DNA of 64,000 nucleotides from Octopus sinensis (Eukaryota), in assembly GCF_006345805.1 (NCBI RefSeq), contig NC_043007.1:51026001-51090000 (forward strand), in the 5' to 3' direction. The position numbers were made by a program, and so were the translations under genes. Shown one piece after another: positions 53,153 through 64,000 of the stretch. The notes under the pieces were generated by a model. The model was not told the DNA's origin and ran no database searches. It saw only the letters and a program-made list of their open reading frames with translations. The number at the start of each line of letters is the position of its first letter. The first letter of the stretch is position 1.

Positions 53153-53365
53153 TTGTATGTGTGCGTATGAGTGTGCGTGTGTACGTTTCTGTGTTTGTAT
53201 ATAAATATACTTATATATGAACATATATGTATATGTGTGGATATTCATTATATATATATATATATATATATTGTATGTAGATAGATAAATACATACACAA
53301 AGATAGACTAACATACGTGGATATCTCTATACGTTATATATGTATACATATACACATGCATATGA

Positions 53366-53396
<31 letters not shown>

Positions 53397-53757
53397 TGTA
53401 TGTATGTATGTATGTATGTATGTATGCATATACACTCACACACGCACCCATACTCAGACGCAAAAACCTGAAATACCTATATATTTCTTGTAACATGGTT
53501 ACACGTGTTCAAAGAAATGGTAAAATATTTTTGTTTTCACTTTTTCTTCCCACCTCTCTCTCCTCTGCCTTATTTTTATTATTTTACTCGTTTATTCCTT
53601 CTATAATTTCACCGAAATATTATATTTGATAAGATTTTGAACGAGAAGGTGTTCTATGACACAACCCGAAAAGTGTGTCTGTGTGTATATGTATATGAAT
53701 ATAAATATACACTCATCAATACATACAGATGTACACCCATATATGAACTTTTATATT

Positions 53758-53795
<38 letters not shown>

Positions 53796-54199
53796 TTGGT
53801 GTCGTCTGCCGCCAAAGATTACAAGGGAGCTAATATCAACATGAAAGTGAATAATATATTAAACAGATATAGAAATTAGTCAGACATTGTTACACATGTT
53901 TGTTTCATGCATCTACAATACATCACATATAATAAATATACGTACGTATGTATATTTGCTTACGCCTTTGTATGTGTATGATAGTGAGTGTGCATGTGTA
54001 TACACACATACACACATACACACACACATATATACATTTATATGTGTGTATGTATATATGTGTGTGTGAGTGTGTGTGTTTGTGTGCACAGACGCACAGG
54101 CAAAAACATAGATGTAGGTATATACAAACTCGTATATCGTTTATATACGTTTGTATATGCGTGTAATATATGCGCATATAAATATATACATATACAATA

Positions 54200-54461
54200 T
54201 TCTTTTATTCTTTTACTTGTTTCACTCCTTTCACTGCGGCCATGCTGGAGCCCTACCTTAAAGTGTTATAGTCAAACAAATCGAACCTAATACTTATCAT
54301 TTGTAAGCATTGTACTTATACTACCGGGCTGATTTGCCGAACCGCTAGGTTACAGGGCCGTAAACACATCAACATCCCCTGTCAAGCGATGGATGCGGGG
54401 ACAAACACAGACACAACAATACACACAAATATATGCATATATACATATATACATATATAAA

Positions 54462-54493
<32 letters not shown>

Positions 54494-54535
54494 GATATGT
54501 ATGTATATGTATATATATATATGTATATGTATATA

Positions 54536-54580
<45 letters not shown>

Positions 54581-54930
54581 GACGTAAACACATCAACACC
54601 AGTTGTCAAGTGAGTTATTGGACAAACAGAGATGCAAATACACTCACCTAGGTGCCATCTGGTGGAACTGACCTCGGAACCAAGTGCTTGGTTTATATTC
54701 CGCACCACCGCTCAACAACTGGTACTGGTGTGTTTACACCCCTGTAACAAAGTCGTTCGGCAGAAGGAACCAATGGACTAAATAAAAAGTCCTGGTTTCA
54801 ATGTATTCGACTAAAACCGTGTAAGGCAGTGCTATAGCAGGGTTGCGGTCAAAAATAACTTAAAAAGATAAAATGATAAAAAATGATAGGTGATGCTCCA
54901 GTACGGCAGCAGTCTAACAACTGAAGTAGT
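54200..54930. mobile_element. Cluster of SINE family A tails in both orientations
   Basis: Minus-strand tail at 54200-54420, a repeated gtaaacacatcaac segment at ~54584, and a plus-strand tail at ~54710-54930. Confidence 0.6.
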
Positions 54931-55369
54931 AAACGATACACACACACACACACACACATACAAGCACACACGCACATACAAGCACACAAGCACACACACA
55001 CGCACAGATCGATCGATGGACAGATAGAGAGCTAGTCCGATTGATAGACAGATAGATACATTCATACATGCATACATACATCCATACATACATACATATA
55101 TACATACATACATACATACATACGTACGTGTAAGTATATATATATATTATATATATATATATATACCAATGAAAAGAAAAAAAACAAAGAAAATTCTTAA
55201 ACACATCTTTAATTATAAATTACAAATTTTTCCGTACAATCTCCATTTGCCTCTCCAGTTTACGCGAAAATTTTAAGAGGAAAATGATGTAATATTTGCG
55301 GGTTCAGGCAAAGGAGAGGCACTTTCTGAGATGTGCATCAAATTCATGGTATTACACTGAGCGTCTATC

Positions 55370-55381
55370 AGAATATGTGTG

Positions 55382-55450
<69 letters not shown>

Positions 55451-55697
55451 TATATATATGTAAAAGGACGATGAACAAGAATATTTAGTAAAACTTTGTT
55501 ATCAGTTAATCTATATACATATATAACAAAAAGAGCGTGCTCCTATTTAAAATAAGCACCACAAAATTGTCGAAACATATGGCTGGGAGGTCGTAATCAT
55601 TTGCTTTTCCAATATTCGAACATTCTATGTGTGTCTGTGTGCGCCTGCGTACCATTGCATGTGTGTGTGTGTATAAATATGCATTCTATATTTATGT

Positions 55698-55730
<33 letters not shown>

Positions 55731-56034
55731 CATACATATATATATATATACAAATATATGTATATATATATATATTATATATATATATATATAATATATA
55801 TATTATATATATATATATAATATATATACATATATATGCATATATATATATATATGCATACATATATCTGTAAATTTATATATACATATAATACATACAC
55901 ACGCGTATATGACAATGGACAGTATATGAATTATACGTGTCTGTACAATTGTTTAGACATAAATACACATATATACACAATGTATGCACATACATATATA
56001 TACATACATGCGCATATATATATGCATATATATA

Positions 56035-56097
<63 letters not shown>

Positions 56098-56669
56098 TAT
56101 ATAAGTATATATGCATGTATGTATGTATGTATGTATGTATGTATGAATATTACGCATTCCGATTTCTCTTTCTTAAAATATTACAACATTAGATTATGTA
56201 GTCTGCACACACAATAGCTGCGACCGAACGTGCAAACATATATAAATACATGCACACTCATTCCCAGCGACACGCACACATATATTTATATGTATGTCCG
56301 TATACTGTGTTTGAACGTTTATGTGTAATATTATTAATAACTTTGTGCGTGTATATGTGTGTGTTTTTGTTTGTGTATGTATGTGTATGTATGTTTGTGT
56401 ATGCAAGTGTATGTATGTATGTATGTATGTATGTATGTATGTATACACACACACCCACACACAAATAAAAAATCTTCTAGCATTGAATTTTCTATCGTTT
56501 ATACTCTACGGATATTTACGTATTTCCACATGTATACCAAGTAAGAGAGAATGTTTAGAAAGCACACCATAAGCTAATTACGTAGATATATATATATATA
56601 ATATATATATATATGTATATAAGTGTGTGTGTTTGTGTGTGTGTATATATGTATGTATATACTTATATA

Positions 56670-56730
<61 letters not shown>

Positions 56731-56742
56731 TATACATATATA

Positions 56743-56794
<52 letters not shown>

Positions 56795-56985
56795 GTATAT
56801 ATGTATATATTTGTGTGTGTATATATATATATATGTATATAAATATATATATACACTTATATATATACATACATTCGTTCATACTTATGTTCTTATATAG
56901 ATATATACATATAAATAAATATGTATTCATATGTACAAGTATATGTTGACATAAATATACATATATAGATATATATATATATATA

Positions 56986-57033
<48 letters not shown>

Positions 57034-57504
57034 AATATATACAGTGTATACCTATACACACATGCATATACCCCCCCCCAGATACACACGCAAATACACA
57101 CATACCCACATTCACTTGTATATATTTTTATATATATATATCGATATGTAGCTATGTGTTACATATATTTATATAAATATATTATATATATATACAGATA
57201 TATATATATATATATATATGTGTTTGTGTGTGTGTGTGTTTGTGTGTACATATGTATACATATATATATTTATAAGTAAATATATATACTCATATATATA
57301 CCTGAATACATAGATATACATAACTATTATAATATATATATGTATAATTATATTTAAGTATGTATATATATGTGTGTATGTATGCATATGTCCATGCACA
57401 CACGCCCACATGCATATATTTATATATAAACATATATATATTTATATAAATCTATATCTATTTATTTGTCTGTCTATCTCTCTAGCTACTGTATATATAT
57501 ATAT

Positions 57505-57573
<69 letters not shown>

Positions 57574-57610
57574 TATATATATATATACGCACATACATGT
57601 ACACGATTAT
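55370..57610. repeat. Large TA/TG/TACA low-complexity field
   Basis: Direct reading. Confidence 0.9.
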
Positions 57611-58109
57611 ACATGATATTAATGTTTGTTTTTAATTTCATTTCTAATACAAACAATTTTAAATTATCTAATAGATTACTGTATTCTTTTGTAAGGGCAC
57701 AAATATATTATTCTTTAAGAATGTGATTGATAGTGATTTCGAAGCCATCGTCTGAATATACATATAATGTTTATGCGCGTTTAATTCATCTAAATTTGAC
57801 TCCATTCCCTGAGATTCGAGTTCATATGCGTCGTGATAATCCACAAATTGTGATGTAATAATCACACGTAACCAGTCTACCGAATGCACTGAGTTCAATA
57901 TCAAAAGATTATATTCGTACCATGTATAATATATTTTTATATGAAACATGTGGATATCTGCGTAAGTTAAGAAGCGGTGACAAGTGAAAATTTTGTAAAT
58001 GTAAGTTTTCACCGTATATTGACTACGAAATATAGCCTAATTTTGGGGTTTATAAACGCCCAACGGAAAAAAAGAACAACATTTATAACTGTTACACTAT
58101 ATATATATC

Positions 58110-58505
58110 GTTTACTTTCTTAAGTCGTTAGATCATGAGCATGATGCAGCACCGCCTTTAATGAATTTTTATAAACCTGGTGATTATTCTATCACCCTCC
58201 CTTATCGAACCGCTATGGAACAGGGGCGTAAACAAACCAACATCGGATATCAAGCGTTGGTGAGGACAAACACAAACATAGATATACACACATACAAACA
58301 CACATATATATGTATATATGTGTGTGTGTGTGTGTGTACACACAAACACATGCATGTATGTATGTGTAGATACCTCGACCTTTTTTCAATTTCAGTCTAC
58401 GAAATCCACTAACAAATTGTTGGCTTGTACAACGTACCACACAGTGGGATTGAATTCGGAACCATGTTCTTGAGAAGTAAACTTCCTTCTACATAGCCAA
58501 GCCTG
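58110..58505 (-). mobile_element. SINE family A, older copy
   Basis: Tail (gcagcaccgcc), internal repeat and head (attgaattcggaaccatg). Confidence 0.7.
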
Positions 58506-59389
58506 CATTTATGATATAGTATATTTGTATTCTCATGTGTGGCGTTAAAAAATTACCAGACCACTGCGTTGGTGTATTTGTATGCGTGTATGTTTATGCG
58601 TGCAGACCTGACTGCGTGCATGAGTGCATACACATACACCTGTGTATGTGTATGCACATATTAGAGTTTCATGGTCAATTAAACATGCATTCAGATATTA
58701 ATTGAGAAATGCATTTAGTTCGTGTATATTGAGTATATATTGATTCTATCTCTTTCACTCTCTTGCTCTCTCTCTCTCTCTTTCTCTCTCCCTCTCCATC
58801 TCTTACACATATATTCTCACATGTTTATATGATTGTCTAAAACCTATGAGCGTGTGTGTGTATTTGTGTATGTATATCAAAACAGGAGATTGAAAAAAAA
58901 TGGTTTTATTTATTTACCATCACACATGTCTGATCTGCTAATAGGAATTACAAAATCGCACGCTGCACACCTGGGAGAAACATCTAAGACAACTCCTATT
59001 CGAAATTCTTCAGAAAATGTTATTTGATTAGAGACAAAATAGAGTGAAAAAACTAGAGAAGGCTTGTGTTATATGGTTAAATAATATATTTAAATCGTTA
59101 TGTTAGAAATATGTTATAAAATTTTGCGTATAGTAACATTGCTTTTGGAGAAATAACTGCTTTCGTATTTTCTTTTCAAATTTCTCAAATTTTATCACCT
59201 GTATTGTGTCATGTCTTCGCTATGTTGTGAAATATGGAGTTCCATGCAGGGGAAGGTAATCAAGGATTTTTTTTTCAGTATAAGGCAGATAATCAAATAT
59301 GTTAGGAATGACCAGGTTTGATTAATTTAACATGATTTGGTTTAGAAGGAATAGAATGTTAGAAATAGTTAAGGGATTCTGATCCTTCT

Positions 59390-61215
59390 AGAAGGTTTGG
59401 GCATGTTGCACAATTTGGTCGTCCGTTATTTTAGAAAATAATTTTACCTTTGTGATTTTTTTTTAGTGATTTCGGTTGTTAGTGGCTTTAAATGATATTA
59501 TGTGTGTTAAAAATTTTCTTTAATTTGGGGTCCTTATGGAACATTGGTAAATTTTGGGTGATGATGGTGAAGGCTTCTTTGTTTCTGGGGTTGTATGTGG
59601 ATATGTTTCGGGGAAGGTGTGTTGCTGTGTTGACCTTTTCTTAAGGTTTCTATGTCGATTTGTGTTGCACGTCTGATTCTATCCTCTATGAGTTGAACTG
59701 GGTAGTGTCTGTCAGTTAGGCTGTTTTTGAATTTTTGCAGTCTTTGGTATTTTTTCTGACACTATTGTGCATATCCTTCTTGCAATGTTGAAGGGGATGT
59801 TTGTTTTGGTGTGTCTTGGGTGGCATGAATTAAATACTAGATATTGTATGGCGTCTGTGGTTTTGTAAAATATGCCCGTCTCTATTTTTAGGTTTATTTT
59901 TTTAATTAGTATATCCAAGAATGGGAGCTCCTTTTGCTTGTACTCCATTGTGAACTGTATGTTTGGGTTGACGCTGTTCAATAGTCTTTTGAATTTCAAG
60001 AGTTTGTGTTTTCTTTCCACAGTATGAAACAGTCGTCTAGGAATCTTTTCTAATTTTCTTTTATGTATTGGAAAGGGGTTTCCAAAGGTATATAAAGATT
60101 CCTGGTATTTTATTATTTCCAGAGAACCCATTGTTAGGTTCGCAACGACTGGGGCTGCCCTAGTGCCCATGGCAATTCCGGACTTTTGTCGATAAAATGT
60201 ATTGTCAAACATGAAGTGGTTGTTTCGTAGAATGAATTCAACCGATTCAATTATGAATACTTTGCTGATCCTTTCTGGTATTTCTTCCGGAAATTGGTCC
60301 AGCCAGAACTGAATTGCTTCGAGTCCATAATTATGAGGTATACTGGTATATAAATTAATTACATCAAATGAAACCATGATTGTTTCTTCCTTGACTTTTT
60401 TTGGGAGGTGATTTAACATACCCAACTCATCTCTGATATGGCTATTGATGTGCTTAAAGAAGGGTTTCAGGAGGATGTCCACAAGTAGACTTAGTCTGTG
60501 TGTTTCAGGCTGGGCCAGCTATAATGGGTCGTCATTTCCCCCCTGGATTTGGTGTATGTACGTCTATGGTGATTTTTTAATAGTTTATTTTATAATCTAG
60601 CTTTTGTAGATTTTTGGTAGACCATAGAAAAAGCTAGGTTTGCAATTAAAGTTTGTTAGAAAGTCAATTTCTTTGGTTGTCAGTTCTTTTTCATGTGTTT
60701 TAATTAGTGAGGACAGAGTTTTCAATATTTTTTGCGGTGTCTAGTTAGTGATTCTTTCGTAATGTTGCCTGTCATTAAGCATGGAGATTACTAGATTTCT
60801 ATAGTATAATGTGTCCACTTACTTTATCTGCTTCCTTAATCATTATATCTTCATTATTTTAAAGTTCTGTTAGATCCTTCCATTGTGTAGTGCTAAAGTT
60901 TCAGTTAACTGTCAGTTTATGCGTGGTGTTGTAGGGAAAGTTCTCAATGTGGTTGCAGAATTCATCAAGATTTTTATTTCTTCCCTTGTTGAGGATGTGT
61001 TCACTTTTGCTTTTGACTAGTAAGTCATCTTCAGTATTGTAATAGTATATATATACATATTTGTATATACATACATATGAATACATAAACGCATATACAC
61101 GCACACGTACTCTTATACCCTGGATACGACCGCTAGCGAAATTATCTCGTTTGTCAGTTATTAGGATAGTGCATTTGTGGCTATTGACTCTTATTTCTTG
61201 CAATGTCGGTACCAC
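59390..61215 (-). mobile_element. Penelope-like retroelement (RT plus linker), decayed
   Basis: IKEADK, FYGLPKIYK, DILLKPF, SFDVINLYTSIPH, GIAMGT, LPFLDILI, YNPRN and GRPNCATCP motifs. ORF 59712-60482 covers the RT core. Confidence 0.88.
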
Positions 61216-61339
61216 TTAGTACCCTCTGACATTTTAGTGACGTCTCTAAATTTGCCTTTAGGTTGTTAAATTGGTAGTAAGTCGACCATGGCCACAGCTC
61301 ATGAGCTGAAACTGGAAAAATCAAAAAAATCAAATATAT

Positions 61340-61530
61340 ATATATTATTTTACTCTTTTATTCTTGTACCTGTTTCAGTCTGCGCCCATGCTGGAGCACC
61401 GCCTTTAGTCGAGCAAATCGAAGCCGGGACTTATTCTATCGGTTTCTTTTACTTCGCTATGTTACGAGGATGTAAACATATCAGCATCGGTTGTCAAGTG
61501 ATGTTGTGCGGACAACACACACACCTTCGA
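61340..61530 (-). mobile_element. SINE family A tail
   Basis: catgctggagcaccgcctttagtcgagcaaatcga...gcatcggttgtcaag. Confidence 0.75.
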
Positions 61531-61648
61531 AAGGTGGAGTTGATAAAACGGGACAACTGATGGAGGTATTGTTATTTATGTTGCCTGTCTCGTTTCTCAT
61601 TTCGTTGACGGTTTTTTTGATGTCCTGTACCCATGTATGCATATATAT

Positions 61649-61716
<68 letters not shown>

Positions 61717-61718
61717 AT

Positions 61719-61798
<80 letters not shown>

Positions 61799-61994
61799 GT
61801 AGACAGATAGATAAGCTGTGTATAAAGAAACTAACAGTTTTATAAGCATCATCGAAATGTGTATTGAAGATCATTATAGCATAAATCCTAAAACAAAATT
61901 TAATTTAAAAAGTAATGTTTAAATTGAATAGCGTAATGTATATGCTATTTGTAAGCACACACATATATATATTCATATATATATTCATATTCGT

Positions 61995-62328
61995 GAGGGC
62001 GCGTGGCTTAGTGGTTAGGGCATTCGGCTCATGATCGTAAGGTTGTGAGTTCGATTCCCGGCGACGCGTTGTGTCCTTGAGCAAGACACTTTATTTCACG
62101 TTGCTCCAGTCCACTCAGCTGGCAAAAGTGAGTTGTACCTGTATTTCAAAGGGCCAGCCTTGTCACACTCTGTGTCACGCTGAATCTCCTTGCGAACTAC
62201 GTTAAGGGTACACGTGTCTGTGGAATGCTCAGCCATTTGCACATTAATTTCACGAGCAAGCTGTTCCGTTGATCGTATCAGCTGGGACTTTCGTCGCCGT
62301 AACCGACGGAGTGCTCAAAAAAAAAAAA
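61995..62328 (+). mobile_element. tRNA-derived CORE-like SINE, full length with A-tail
   Basis: A box tggcttagtggtt, B box gagttcgattcc, gtgtccttgagcaagacacttt, ending in A12. Confidence 0.85.
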
Positions 62329-62331
62329 TTC

Positions 62332-62369
<38 letters not shown>

Positions 62370-62388
62370 ATATATATAAATATATATG

Positions 62389-62422
<34 letters not shown>

Positions 62423-62931
62423 CACACACACATACAGGCGTACATGCATACATATATACAGACATGCATATATACATATATACGCGCGTACGTACACACG
62501 TATGTGCGTGCTTCAAAGTGTGTATATATATGTCGAAAGATAGATAAACAGATATAGATAGATAGATAGATGTTTTTTGTATAACTTTCTCAACCGTTGC
62601 CGAAACAGTAACAGTTTTGCAATTATTGTTTCCCAATATTTACGAAATTAACAATTGTTTCCCCCAAGATTATAAATTGGTAACATAGAACCACCATTAG
62701 ATTTTGCCTTCTCGTGTCACGCATCCAAAATTCTTTAACCACTAAGGCAACATTTACTATTTCCTTGGATGAAGTAGTCAGGGATAGTAAATATACAGAG
62801 AGCCTCTTCGAGAATATTGGCTCGTGAGATGTGCACTGTAATACTAAACAAACCTTTGATTTTCAGCATGATTTTCGTTGTAGCAGATGAGATAGGCACA
62901 AACGCTGAGTATCATATATATAAACAGGGGG

Positions 62932-63995
62932 CTAGGTATATTTGGGAACATAATTGGTAATTTAGTAAAACAACTCTAAACTAAGGAAATCCAAATGTAT
63001 TTTAATAAAAAAATTGTGAACATATTCTCGATAAGCATTCTTGCATGATATTTTTACCAACCCGACTACAGCTTCGAAGACTGCATTAATGCCAGACTAG
63101 AATCGTTGATATGGTACCCATTCGTTTCAGACATCGTCTGGACAATGGCAGCCTTCACTGAAGCTATGCTATTGTGAAGATGTCGATTCAACAACACTCC
63201 AAACTTTGTAGAACTTCGGATTTAAGTTTGACGAGTTTGGAGATTATTTTGTATTACATCCATTCTTTGGTTACGTGGCCTTTGTGAGAAGGTACTGAGT
63301 CTTGTTGAAACCCATTCAGCCTTCTACGTATTATCCAAGACTTAATAACTGGCTTAATAACCTCAAAGTATCCAACAGCATTAATTTATGAGCCCGTGGA
63401 AAGATTCAGGGTGTCATAACATGACCTTCATTAGTCATCACTCTTAAACCCATCACAGATGGTGGAAATTTTGTGTATACCATACCCGGGACAGCGGAAG
63501 GTTCAACACATAACCATCTGTCATTTTTCCTATTAGACTTCTCGCCAGAGAAGAACCAAAGCATGTCATGTTCATGAGAGTTTTTAACGTTATTAAGTAA
63601 CCATTTGACACAGACAAAGTATTTTCCTGTTTGTTTGTAGTATGAATTGGCCTCTCCTCATTTGATATGATGGTATCGACTTTCTTCGTGTACCACGGTT
63701 CTGATAGACCACTCCGACCCATGAAGTCCTTCGGCGAAGGCCCTCATTTATTTTCCAGTATCCTCATTGATCATATTTTGAACGGTTGGATGAAGATATG
63801 TCTCCTCCTCATAAACTCCAAATGTCTAGACAATTTTTTTCAGCCTTGTGTACAGTTGAATCTTTTCACGACAGAAGCTTCCAATTACAACAGATCTTCG
63901 AGTACAATATACTTTCGTTTATTTAGAATGTTAACAATTTCCAAGTTGCTGTGTTCTGCAAACAAGACAACATTGATTGCGTCTCTTTTCATTAC
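62932..63995 (-). mobile_element. Decayed maT/DD37D transposase (related to 3960-4826)
   Basis: MKRDAINV, LWFFSGEK, NDRWLC, TKFPPSVM, NEGHVM and SPNSSNLNP..Y.VW motifs, with many stops. Runs off the window edge. Confidence 0.8.
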
Positions 63996-64000
63996 TGGTG

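Noticed and set aside
55465-55580. GAAACAUAUGGC resembling the 18.5-kb stem III
   Set aside because: There is no UH site, and the upstream core (ACGAUGA) and stem I are not supported.
61995-62070. tRNA gene (also the heads at 36895-36967 and 37228-37300)
   Set aside because: A and B boxes are present, but the acceptor stem does not close and each head continues into a repeat body, so these are SINE-type heads.

Overview
This is a 64-kb, AT-rich, microsatellite-saturated eukaryotic window with one 100-N scaffold gap (12718-12817). I could not support any intact host protein-coding gene, true tRNA, rRNA or CRISPR array. The repeat landscape looks like a coleoid cephalopod, probably Octopus; this is my recognition, not a search result. 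The window is a patchwork of decayed mobile elements: R4/Dong-like RLE LINEs in AAT/GAA tracts, Tx1/L1-like LINEs, Penelope-like elements (PLEs), several tRNA-derived SINE families, Tc1 (DD34E and DD36E-like), mariner and maT/DD37D transposons with MITEs, non-autonomous Helitrons and a Kolobok-like MITE. Most ORFs in the supplied track are microsatellite translations. The strongest unexplained signal is a set of six type I hammerhead-ribozyme-like motifs in four small element families. One near-canonical hammerhead sits in the loop of a perfect 163-bp fold-back (18305-18787). Another pair lies in inverted tRNA-headed repeats flanking a Penelope GIY-YIG C-terminus (36716-37469). Together they suggest a family of PLE-dependent, ribozyme-processed small retroelements, one possibly driven by RNA polymerase III. 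There is also a near-perfect 1.17-kb tandem duplication whose junction falls in a SINE's internal microsatellite. All family assignments come from reading motifs by eye; no database searches or folding programs were run.
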